Below, piece by piece: positions 41,001 to 50,400 of a DNA stretch of 64,000 bases. The notes beneath the pieces are model-generated. The model worked only from the letters and a program-made list of their open reading frames with translations, had not been told where the DNA came from and did not search any database. The number at the start of each line of letters is the position of its first letter. Positions within the stretch are counted from its first letter, which is position 1. This DNA is from an uncultured Clostridia bacterium (lineage in GTDB: Bacteria > Bacillota > Clostridia > Christensenellales > UBA3700): the NCBI GenBank assembly GCA_948471525.1, contig CAOKSY010000006.1, positions 11,646 to 75,645 on the forward strand, written 5' to 3'. The position numbers were made by a program, and so were the translations under genes.

Positions 41001-44000
41001 GTTTGTACTCTACCGTTCTGTTATCGAAAGCATACTTTTGCTCCGCTTCGCCGCCTCTGAACTGATAAACGAGCGCCGATCCGTCCGCCAAAGGCGAATG
41101 TTGATTTCCGTCGAAGTATACGGACGGGAAAGTTATAGACGAGATCGTAAACTCTGCGGGAGTTACTGTCAGCGTTCCTTCTTCCGCGTTGCCGCTCTCG
41201 TTGACGAAAGTCACGTTGTAGTTTGAATTCAATACCGTGCCTACGATAGCGTAAGTGTCGGCTTCGATATAGTTGAAACCGCTCTGCGGAAGTCCTTCCG
41301 CGCTGAGACTAAACACCTTGGACGCGCTGTCGGCTCTGTAAAGTCCGTCGCCGCCGATAGTATATGACGCCGTCGAATTGAGGTAGGAGACTATATTGTT
41401 TGCTCCCGTGCCGGTAACCGCCTGTCTTCTTGCGTCTGCAGAACCGTACTCAAGCGTTCTGTCCTTGATAGTTACGGTAATCTGTCTCTGAGATATAACG
41501 AAATCGCATTGCAGATCGCTCTCCTGAACGGTGTACGGATCTCCTCCGTCTATGCTGTATATTACGTCTCCGACGTTGGCTACTCTATAGTTTTGATGCG
41601 TTACTCCTGTGAGTACTGCTCTGTATTTGCCCACGTCGTGTATGTGATTACCCAACTTGCCGCCGTTCTCGAGAATATCGTATCTTATAGTTGCTCTAAT
41701 GTCGTCGTCGCCTATGATATTGCTTACAGTATAGTTTGTATGGCTCTCGCTTTGATCGCCGTGATTGCCGTAAACTTCGTCAAGACCGTGCCATTGTATC
41801 CATACGGGTCTCGAAATTACTTCGTAAACGTCGATATTGGACGTTTTGCCCGAACCTATAACGTCGCCGACAAAACGGAAGTGGAGATCGTCGTTGCCGC
41901 TAGGCACGCCTGCCTTGAGTTGCATAAATACCGAATAGAAAGCTACTCTTTCGTTGGTATCGAGCGCGCCGGTTGTGCTGCCGTCTCCTACGAACAGCGT
42001 TATATAGTCTTTCTGAAGTTTTTCCCAAGCAGCCTGATCGTCAAGTTCGTCATTGCCGGTATCGTTCATCATTCCGTTTACGGAAACAAGGTTTTCGCCG
42101 AGTTTTTCAAACAGTTCGTCGGAAGTGAGAACTCTGTCGCCGTAATTTACTTGAATAGCGCTGCCGAGTTTTATGTCTACCCAGTTGGTAAGATAATTGA
42201 TATTTACCTTTGTCTCAAAAGGCTCGTAGTTGCTGTTTGCCAAACTTACCCAGACGTACCATCTGCCGGCATTTGGAGCGTGAACTTCCGTCTGCGACAT
42301 ATCCAAGTCCGTCGGTCTGGTATCAGTCTCCTCGTCCTTATTGATGATGACCGACATCTGAACGTTGATGTCATCGGCTTTGGTGCCGCCTACGAATTTG
42401 AGGATACTCTTCAGATCGTTGGCGATATTTATGCCGTCGGGTTCGTTTTTCTCGGGATCGGCGTCAAAGTTGAATTCTCTGCGCGTAAGTCCGAGTTCTG
42501 TAGACTTCTCGATCATAAACGTAGCTACGTTGCCGTGATCGGAAGAAAGTATATACTCGTATTTGCCGCCCCCCAAAGGTTTAGCTCTGTATACCGTGAT
42601 ATCGTAATTGCGGACTATCTCTCCGTCAGCCGATACCCCGTCTTTAAAGCCGAGTACGATAGGATAACCGCCCTCTCTGTAATTCTGATACACACCGTCC
42701 TTGCCGGTCTGCGCTGTGGAAGTGAGCGTCCAGTTCATATAATGGTCGAGGATAAACTTATTGTCGGCGTTGTCGGTATGGTACTTCCAGTTTGCACCCG
42801 CCGCGCCGGCAGCAACAAGCTGTCCCATAGCAACGGTGCTTGCAAGACCATATTCTTTGCTTATATCGAATACGTCTATTATGACCTCTCTCTTCTTGAT
42901 ATGGAATACGTCGGACGCATTGAAGAGTCTGTAATTTTCTACATTGTCGGGATTTATCAACGACGTCTCTGCCGTCGGATAACCGCCCTCTTTATAGACA
43001 TAGCCGCCCATATCCTGCTCTGCAAGCACGATAGTATCGTCGTAAACTACGTTCTCTACCCAATCGTCGCCGACCTTGACGTCGGAAGTATCGACAAACT
43101 GACCGTCGACTATCTTGACGTATTTTCTTACGTGAGGATAGATCTTGGGAAGCGTGCCGTCATAGAGCCACGTCTTTCCGTCTTCAAGCCATCCGTCGCT
43201 TGTCTGCTGTCTCCAATCTACGTACACCGTCTTGGGAGATACGCTATAAGCTTCGACGTTGGAATCATTTGTATAATCGATATTATAGTTGTAGAGATAT
43301 TCTCCGCTCATCGCTTTGTGATTGAGAGAATATGCGCCTACTCCAAGTTGATTTGCGTCGGTAACTTCGTTGCCGGAATGAGAAAGGAAAAATGCGATAC
43401 GTCCGTCGATAGAGAACTTGTATCCGTCCTTGTCTATACTCGTGCTGTACGTGATACCGAACTTTTCTTCCATCTCGCCCGCCGTCGGAAGTTTGTCTCC
43501 GTAGGTTGCGCCGTACTTATTTACGTTGATAGTAACGTCTAGTTTGTTGATGATAGCCTGGAAGTTGCCTGCTTTCTCTACGTGGTTGGGAGCGGAAATT
43601 TTATAGTAGACCGTTCTGTTTTCGTTGGCGTTATTATAATCGCGCCAGGTTCTTAGAACCTCGGTATAATTTCCGTTGAGAGTAGACGAGTACGTGATAG
43701 TGATGTCGTCTCTGTTTTTAGCCTCGTAGCCGCGCATTTCTATGACGCCCTGCACGTTGGGAAGCGCAAATCCCTGCTCTTCGCCGTTAAACGTAAGCTG
43801 CACGTCTTCTCTAGTCGAACGGATAGTAGCGGGATTTACCGTAAACGTTCCGTCGGTAGCGGTAATGCTATAGCTGTTGACCACGTAATCCAATACTCTT
43901 GAACTGTCAACCTTTGCCGGCTTCACTTTCAGCGCGCCGGTATAGGTGCCGACTACGTAGTAATGATCGTCGGGATCTGCGGACGCTCCGCCCGTTGTGG

Positions 44001-46749
44001 GCACTCCTACTATGTCGAGCATAAATACCTGATCGGGAGCGTCGCCGCCGGCAAGAGTACCGGAGGTTATCTCATACACCTTATCCGCTTCTTCCGCCTT
44101 ATCGTTGCCGTTGAAAAGCGTATGCTGATATTCGTACAAGAACTGCGAGGAGTTCATAGACTGCGCATAAGTCCTTGTCTTGTCTTTTGCCGTAATAGCC
44201 AAGTCGCGCGGAATTATATCAAACGATACCGTTTCGTCGCCCTTACGTACCGTATAATTATTGCTATGATAGTCGGCCTTGAGCCAATATTTGCCCGCCC
44301 ATACGGCGTTGCCTCCGTCACTGAGAGGCACAAAATGATTTTCGCCGTCGATATTACGCACGCCGGCAAAACCGTCGGGGATCGCCACGGTATTGCCGTT
44401 GGCAGCCGTAGCGTCTTGACCCGTAAGGATAACTCTCGACGCATTTATATCGAGCGTGTCTCCTCCGCTGACGAGTCCGTTTACGGTCGCAGACGGCCTG
44501 TGTCCGCTCTGTCCGTTGTAGTATTTATCCGCATTTTCAGTCCAAGTAAGAGTGACTTCTTTCTTGCCTATAACGTAAGCGTTGTCGGGATTGGAGAACG
44601 AAAGAATCATTCTATCGCCCCAGTTGTTGATAGTCTTACCGTCGAGAACGGTAGATTTATCGACCGCTTTATACTGATTGCGTGCAATCGAATATGATCC
44701 TGCCGGAACAAGATTGCCGGAAAGGAATTCACCGTTGGAGTATACGCCTGCCGTTATCATTGAGGAAATATTAGACTTCGTTACAAATCCCGCATCGTTG
44801 CTGCCGTTTATTGTGATACCCGATACTCCCAGAGACAGTATATCTTCGGAAGAGAGCAACGGATCGCCGTAAGTCAGCGTTTTTCCGCTGCCGTTGGCGA
44901 TTATGCGGTCGAGCGTAACCGAAACGTTGGCTTTGCTTATTTCTACCTGATAATTGACAAGCTGAGGATTGTGATTTTTTACTTCTACTCTTCCGTAAAC
45001 AGTATGCGTTCCTACTTCGGTAAACGATACGGTATCGCCTTTGCTGTTCCAATCGTTGTTATTAAGCGCAAGCGAAGCGGATGAAAGTTTTATTACCAAT
45101 TTACTGGAAGGATCGGTAGCTTGCATACCGTCTTTAAGCTCAACGGTAGCGTTTGTGACAAGCATAGAATAAGCTTGCGGGGAAGCCGTATACGGTCTCG
45201 CCGCCTCTACCGCAGGCGAAAGTATCATCTGCGCCCTCGCTATAGACAAGGTCATCTTTGACGTCGCATTATCCTTATCCGCGGACCAAATGACTTTATG
45301 ATATATTCCGTTATTGAGGTCTACCGCTTTGGGCGTGAACGTGATCTCGTAATTTCCCGCGTCGCGGACTACGGCGTCCGAATAAGAATTGACGGGGGTG
45401 TTGACGACCTCTTTTTCGTTTTCGTTGAGAGGATTGACTACCGTATTATTTATGGTTACGTCGAAATATTTGGAACTAACTTTGTTATATGTATTCCAGA
45501 GAACGTTCAAAGACGTCGCGCCTTTATGATCGTCGGCGCCGTACTGCCAGCCTGTAGCCGTGGTATTGGGTCTTGTGATCTTAAACTCAAACTCATTGAT
45601 CAATTTTGTCAAAGCCTTTATTGCTTCGTCATTCGTCTCTCTTGTTCTTAGTATCGACTTTGCAGAAGCGATAAGATCCTCTGCTCCGTACTCGACGACT
45701 TGACCGTCGTTGCCGACCACGTTCTTTTTATTGAGCGTAAAATCTTTGAGATCGTTGTACGAACTTTCGAGTCTGGTCAGCGCCTCCAAAAGCGGAGTCT
45801 TGTCATAGATATGGATCTTTATCTCCATATCCGGAGTAGTCTTTGTCGTATCGGAATTTTCCGCAGGCAATTTCTTGGGGATTTCTACAGAAGAATTGTC
45901 CCCCAATCTTACGTAATTACCCTCTTCGTTCAAATAATATGTCCAGCATTTATTTATAGTGCTTGTAGAAGCAACGGTAAAGTCGGAAGCAAGACCTCTT
46001 TTTCTATTGAAAGACAACGATCCCACTTTATACCATATTTCGTAAAGTGCAACTTTAGAATTGGACAAGTCGCTCTGCGGATGCGTCGCTGTCTTATAGT
46101 TATACTCGCCTACGCTATTGGGAGTACCGTTGAGAAAGACAGTAAATTCAGGATTTTCGTTCTTGCTTGCAACTCCCAAAAATACGTTGTTGTACATATC
46201 GGAATTTCCGCCGCCGGGAGTTGCGCTATCATTTCCGTTAAAAGACTTAAACGAACCGCTAGCAGCCATAGCGTTTAAACCGTAACCGGAAAAGTTATCT
46301 TCAAACGCCTTGGCATCCGCCCCGACGTTATTTCTCATACTCTCGGAGTGTTTTCCCAAAGCGTTGTGGAAAAACAGCTGCTGAGCATTGTCGTTTGTCT
46401 TTGCTTTAACCTGGAAATAGAAGTAATAACCGGCAGACTGAAGCGTCTCGGTAGTGTCGAGATAGATATCGGTAGGATACCATATGTCTGCGCCTCGGCT
46501 GTTATCTTCTTGATCGGCAATGCGGATAACTTTGGAATTTTGGGCATTGTACAAACCTACCCTGCCGACTTTATAGTCGCCTCCGTAAGCATCGTATGCC
46601 GTATTTGCAATATTAAGTTCTCCGTTTTCTTTGAATTTATTCAGATCGGGAGCGCACAATATGCCCGTCGCAACCACCGCGACTATAAGCATAAGCGACA
46701 CCGCAACAGCAGTAATCTTGCGCTTTGTCATAGATTTCATAAAAAACAT
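38017..46749 (-). CDS. Giant surface protein (2910 aa): signal peptide, unknown ~350-aa N-domain, alternating MBG-like (xYGx) and YDG-like repeats, C-terminal TM anchor
   Basis: At least 10 'K.YG(D/x)..L' units and at least 9 '(F/V)(Y/F)(D/N)G..(H/Q)' units. It ends in VGLVLGIIIPVVILAAAAVVAVIVVKKKKGGKQSA. I saw no LPXTG. An alternative start is at 46740 (MKS). Confidence 0.9.
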   Translation of the reverse strand: MFFMKSMTKRKITAVAVSLMLIVAVVATGILCAPDLNKFKENGELNIANTAYDAYGGDYKVGRVGLYNAQNSKVIRIADQEDNSRGADIWYPTDIYLDTTETLQSAGYYFYFQVKAKTNDNAQQLFFHNALGKHSESMRNNVGADAKAFEDNFSGYGLNAMAASGSFKSFNGNDSATPGGGNSDMYNNVFLGVASKNENPEFTVFLNGTPNSVGEYNYKTATHPQSDLSNSKVALYEIWYKVGSLSFNRKRGLASDFTVASTSTINKCWTYYLNEEGNYVRLGDNSSVEIPKKLPAENSDTTKTTPDMEIKIHIYDKTPLLEALTRLESSYNDLKDFTLNKKNVVGNDGQVVEYGAEDLIASAKSILRTRETNDEAIKALTKLINEFEFKITRPNTTATGWQYGADDHKGATSLNVLWNTYNKVSSKYFDVTINNTVVNPLNENEKEVVNTPVNSYSDAVVRDAGNYEITFTPKAVDLNNGIYHKVIWSADKDNATSKMTLSIARAQMILSPAVEAARPYTASPQAYSMLVTNATVELKDGMQATDPSSKLVIKLSSASLALNNNDWNSKGDTVSFTEVGTHTVYGRVEVKNHNPQLVNYQVEISKANVSVTLDRIIANGSGKTLTYGDPLLSSEDILSLGVSGITINGSNDAGFVTKSNISSMITAGVYSNGEFLSGNLVPAGSYSIARNQYKAVDKSTVLDGKTINNWGDRMILSFSNPDNAYVIGKKEVTLTWTENADKYYNGQSGHRPSATVNGLVSGGDTLDINASRVILTGQDATAANGNTVAIPDGFAGVRNIDGENHFVPLSDGGNAVWAGKYWLKADYHSNNYTVRKGDETVSFDIIPRDLAITAKDKTRTYAQSMNSSQFLYEYQHTLFNGNDKAEEADKVYEITSGTLAGGDAPDQVFMLDIVGVPTTGGASADPDDHYYVVGTYTGALKVKPAKVDSSRVLDYVVNSYSITATDGTFTVNPATIRSTREDVQLTFNGEEQGFALPNVQGVIEMRGYEAKNRDDITITYSSTLNGNYTEVLRTWRDYNNANENRTVYYKISAPNHVEKAGNFQAIINKLDVTINVNKYGATYGDKLPTAGEMEEKFGITYSTSIDKDGYKFSIDGRIAFFLSHSGNEVTDANQLGVGAYSLNHKAMSGEYLYNYNIDYTNDSNVEAYSVSPKTVYVDWRQQTSDGWLEDGKTWLYDGTLPKIYPHVRKYVKIVDGQFVDTSDVKVGDDWVENVVYDDTIVLAEQDMGGYVYKEGGYPTAETSLINPDNVENYRLFNASDVFHIKKREVIIDVFDISKEYGLASTVAMGQLVAAGAAGANWKYHTDNADNKFILDHYMNWTLTSTAQTGKDGVYQNYREGGYPIVLGFKDGVSADGEIVRNYDITVYRAKPLGGGKYEYILSSDHGNVATFMIEKSTELGLTRREFNFDADPEKNEPDGINIANDLKSILKFVGGTKADDINVQMSVIINKDEETDTRPTDLDMSQTEVHAPNAGRWYVWVSLANSNYEPFETKVNINYLTNWVDIKLGSAIQVNYGDRVLTSDELFEKLGENLVSVNGMMNDTGNDELDDQAAWEKLQKDYITLFVGDGSTTGALDTNERVAFYSVFMQLKAGVPSGNDDLHFRFVGDVIGSGKTSNIDVYEVISRPVWIQWHGLDEVYGNHGDQSESHTNYTVSNIIGDDDIRATIRYDILENGGKLGNHIHDVGKYRAVLTGVTHQNYRVANVGDVIYSIDGGDPYTVQESDLQCDFVISQRQITVTIKDRTLEYGSADARRQAVTGTGANNIVSYLNSTASYTIGGDGLYRADSASKVFSLSAEGLPQSGFNYIEADTYAIVGTVLNSNYNVTFVNESGNAEEGTLTVTPAEFTISSITFPSVYFDGNQHSPLADGSALVYQFRGGEAEQKYAFDNRTVEYKLINVSSDIEDETGWVSGADFKFRNAGLYEFAVRVNAPNHKARIRTNLTFEIRAVNVTINMPGKATKEYGRPIGDRTEKDISDHIKRGTGVTYTVTAGGKPVTIANIGDSFIFYVVAGGEQGADGGDPTEANNFANSVGNYRVYHKFAKLDGNEEDERRNYIVEYAVVDGARCNASAFVITPQKISVQWFDGDHITGQAIGDGYEFTYTGRPLTINAYIQGTKWDGSQQVEDWIKLGALGIEHVHTNLSAGIEKYTAEAVLQSGETTANYQLESNISIDYKIVPLKVNVTIFNTQQVTYGFVGEPVWDKSNAAWQAEGVDLSNPGITLSLQGLPTSGYVPVKDYRIAAEWTNLDYDIEFSEAYLHVVPADITVNVQRNTVTYDGSVQTVDLKSYIAENVEERITLAGDMGSKWNTATVKYSDRADGEYTDTLPGIEGVTGAEGAIIYYEITIANHNTKYGRFTLVVNKARVVYSADPVEVEYGQTALTSDEIYERMNISVKSGTLAVDLKDIVKFSIRENAVDAGRYALVLEYENSYIEIALDDSSAQDPTPYHIVPKTITADWGTASVVYNGDYQLLKVAGFEGLVGNDRIEAPTYINHSQKDVGKYEVTIVVLSNNPNYKVSEESRTVTYEILPREVEITWSSQTTFVYDGEAHGLTATVGGLLFGDECDVTVSAPQFSAGTHTASITSLTNSNYKAVSTQEFTILPAEVNIVWDVASFAYNGNPQCPTAHVDQASLFGSDVCEVVVGGANANAGTHIATVVELLNKNYRLPEEGATCEFAISPKVITAIVWSNTTLEYKELNNTPQSQAPIASGVGAINGDVVEFDVIIDEGVAINVGSYTARAFTVKNPNYTLSPTASNTSVSFNITKAANSFIGEIVLPDLDGGLPALADFASVSSKYGNATVKYYTDAALTQEYTENLADAPKGKYYVVVTVDGNQNYDGISKVFEVEVKSGSNVGLVLGIIIPVVILAAAAVVAVIVVKKKKGGKQSA

Positions 46750-46780
46750 TCCCCCACTTTAATTAAAATTTAACAATTAT

Positions 46781-46809
46781 ATTGTACACCCTACATATAG
46801 CGGTGTCAA
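46781..46809 (-). promoter_or_regulatory. Near-consensus sigma-A promoter of the 2910-aa gene
   Basis: On the minus strand, TTGACA (46809-46804), a 17-nt spacer and TACAAT (46786-46781), about 35 nt upstream of the start codon. Confidence 0.6.
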
Positions 46810-46965
46810 GATTAATTTTTTATTTTTTTGTTACCCAACAAGACTATAACTGTCACAATTTGACTGCCAAGACCGGTAAATAAGCCGTCCGGAGCACAAG
46901 CGCAGGTAAAATACCATACGTCTATTTGTTATCTAAACAGTGTGGAGAGATATTCGATAAAAAAG

Positions 46966-47250
46966 ATATAGATTTCTCGACTACGCTCGAAATGACAATG
47001 GTATTATCGTCATATTGAACGAAACGCAGTGAAGTCGAAATATCTAAGTCAATTAATAATCGAGTTCTCTCCACGTTGATCGAGATGACGATAAAAGTGC
47101 AATTCAAGTCTAAGTCGTCATTGACGCTCGCACGAGACGCATATGCTTGCTCGCTACACCAATGCTTCGCTCCTTACGACTGTAATGGAAATTTCTAAAT
47201 TCGGTCATTTCGACTGAAGCGCAGCGTAATGGAGAAATCTCATCCGATAA
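46966..47250. repeat. Intergenic modular repeat cluster R5, between the two giant genes
   Basis: Hairpin modules include agatttctcgactacgctcgaaatgaca, cgtcatattgaacgaaacgcagtgaagtcgaaatatct and gagttctctccacgttgatcgagatgac. The 63-nt module at 47116-47178 is inverted relative to R4. Confidence 0.85.
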
Positions 47251-47278
47251 AAAAACTTTGCGCGTCGATCGACGCGCA
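47247..47278 (-). terminator. Intrinsic terminator built on a 20-nt perfect palindrome
   Basis: TGCGCGTCGATCGACGCGCA (47259-47278), followed on the minus strand by aaagttttttt. Confidence 0.6.
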
Positions 47279-47443
47279 GTGTCATATTGATAAATTTTTA
47301 AAATTTAGAATTACTCGCTGTAGGCGGGAAGATCAAGTTTCGGTCCCGCATAATTGAGATAATATGCAAAATCCTTCCCGTCGCGGTTGGAGATCTTGGT
47401 TATTCTGCCCTTAGTGATCTGCACGATAAGATAATCGGTGTTT

Positions 47444-47478
47444 ACAAAAAATTTACGGCGGATCTTTCGACCCGCCGC
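47444..47478 (-). terminator. Intrinsic terminator of the ~2700-aa gene
   Basis: The minus strand reads CGGCGG-gtcgaaagat-CCGCCG, followed by taaatttttt, 22 nt after the stop at 47500. Confidence 0.7.
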
Positions 47479-47499
47479 ATTCAACGCCGTTGAGTATTA

Positions 47500-50400
47500 T
47501 TACGCTTTAGCGCCTTTCTTTTTCTTGACAAGAACGATCGCTACGACCGCGCCCGCCGCTATGAGAATTACCGGAATGAGTATTCCGAGGATCAGTCCTA
47601 CGTTGGCTCCGCCCTTGACTTCTACGGTAAATACCTGATTGAGACCGTCGTAGTTGTCGTTGCCTTCTACGGATACGACTACGTAGTACATACCTGCAGG
47701 AGCTTTGGACGTATCGCCGGTGTATTCGTCGGTGAGAGCTTCGTCGCGATAATACTTGACCGTTACTTCGCCGAACTTAGCCGATATCGCGTTGTTGCCC
47801 GAGAAATCGGGAAGTCCGCTGCCCTTTTCTACCGTTGTGGGAACGCTGACCGTGCCGTTGAAATCATTTGCGGCTTTTGCGATAGTCATCGTCTTGCCTG
47901 CGCCGTCTGCCACTGTATAGTTATCGTTGGAGAGCGAAGCTACGGTGACAAAGTGCTCGCCCGCGTCGGTGAACGACGTCGTCGTAACGGTGCAGGTATC
48001 GCTTCCTACGAGGCTATCCGCCTTGACGCTCGCGCTGAGCGTATGAGCGTTACCGTCATAGGTAAACGTCTCGCTGCCCCATTCGATCTCCACTGTCTTC
48101 TTGCCTATAGCAAACGTCTTGCTTGCCAATTCGTCAGCGATCTTATAGTTGGAGTTGCCTTCTACTTTTGCCGTAGCGGTATGCGTGCCTGCATTGACCT
48201 GCGCGCCGCCTACTGCTATAGATATCGACTGAGCGTCTTGTTCCGTTATTGCGCCGGATACGTATTCGGCGGAGATAACGTGTTCGCTTCCGTCGTAAGT
48301 AAACGTCGCGTCGTTCCACTTGATCGTCACGTCCTTGGGAAGTATTGCAAACGTATATTCCGCTCTGTCGTTTTCGAGCGCATAGTTCTTCGACGCCTCT
48401 TCGCTCAATCCCACGATCACAGCCTTGTAATCGTCTGCCGCGTTGACGCCGGTGTTGCTGTTGACATCAAATACGAAGATGTTTTCAGCCAAAGCTTCGT
48501 CGCCCTCAATAAGATTTGTCGCCGTAGCGGTCTGAGTCTTGACAGTGCCGTCGTAGATCAGCACATCCTTATTCCATTCTACCGCGATAGTCCTCTTGGT
48601 GATCTCGTATGCTCCGTGCTGAGGATCGACATCTCCGTCTGCGTTGACGAATTTGACGTCGTAATTAGCGCTTTCGCTCTCGTTCTTCCATCTGTAATTA
48701 ATGTTGTGGAAACCTGCGTTTTTAGCTTCGCCGTCAACATAGAATTCAAACAGATCTTTGATATTCACGTCTACAGTCGTTCCGTCGCCGAGTGAAATAT
48801 ATCCGCCGTCGATCATTTCGTCGGACGTCAGCAACTTGTTGCCGTATACGCTCGACATAGCTTTTACGTCTAGCTCTATCTTCGCAACTGTGACGTTTAC
48901 GGTCATAGTGTACTCTTTATCTTCATTATGGTTGGCAAGTATGACTCTATAAGTGATCACAGTGCTGTCGCCTACGTCTTTCACGGAAGGCAATTCGCTA
49001 GAATACGTTCCGTCAGCCTGTTTGTATTCTACCGTCGCGTCCGCCCAGTTCATTGCTCCGGCAACGGTGACCGAGCCGCTTTCGCCTGCAAGGATATCCT
49101 TGACGTTGACGCTCTGCACGCTGCCGTTGTAGTTGAGCTTAAGCGTAGACTTCTTTATACTGACTTCTGCTTTTTCGACGTTGTACTTAGCGTAGTCCTT
49201 ATCGCTGTTTTCGCCTTTGAATATAAAGTTATAGTTGCTGTCGGTGCCACTGCCCACGATGCGGTAATTTCCGCCCGCCGCAAGATATCCGTCGGTCAGT
49301 TCCGCCTCGAGACTGAGCACTACTTTATCCCCTCCCGTAGTCGGGAACTCGAAATTCTCGTCCTCGAACTTCCAGTCGTCGCCGCGATACGAAGTGATCT
49401 CGGGCATTCCCGCAACTATTCCGTATACCGCAGATTTGTCGAATATTACGACCGTCACGTCTCTCTGTACGATACTGTACTCGTAAGTATCGTTGTCGGT
49501 GAGAAGATTGTAGTTCTTCGCAAACGTATCCGCGTCGAGATCGTCAAACTGCGCTACAGCCTGATAATCGCCTACCGCGTAACCGTTTGCAGTCGCGCTG
49601 TTTGTGAACGTAATCGCTTGGAGTTTCGTCGAGCCGTCCGCTTTGTCCGTATCGACTACTGTCACATATGCTTTGAGCGCCGGCGCTTTACCTGTGTATA
49701 CCCAGTTGTGCGCGTCTTTCCAATCTGCGGTCTCGTCGATCTGCCATATTACCGAAGTGTCTCTCTTGGTGATCTCGTACGCTTTAGCGTTGACCGTATC
49801 GCCGTCGGAAGACTTCGCGTAGCTTACCGAATAGTTGTTCATAGCCGCAAGATCGGTCTTGTGGTAAACGCGATAGAAACCTACCGGATTAGCCCAGCCG
49901 CTCAGCTGATCGCCGCCCTCGGCTATATTGACTACGTAGAACTCGAAGTCGGCTGCTATTCCCTCGATATCGGCAACTTCACCGTTTTTATCGAGATATA
50001 CTATATTACACTTATCTTTGAGCCAATCGGAGAGACTTCCGCTTATCGCGTCGCCGTACGTCTTGCTTGTAGCAGTCATATCGATGACGATCTCCGCCTT
50101 GTTGACTTTTACTTCTCTGTCGGTGACGGTCTTCACTTCGTGATTATCCGCGGTGATTCTTACCGAGAACTTATGCGTACCGTAATCTTTAAAAGAAATG
50201 CCGTCGCTCCAGTTGGTTCCGTCCTTGCTGTATTCAACTTTCGCACTGCTCATAGCCATATCGCCGCGAAGAGTGAATATCATCTCCGACGGATGAATTG
50301 TCTGCTCTCTTCCGTTGAACGTCAACGGGTTCATCGTCACGCGGTCAAAAGTGATCTCCGCTTTATTTACGGTGAGTTCCGCAACGTTGCCGCTGCCGTC

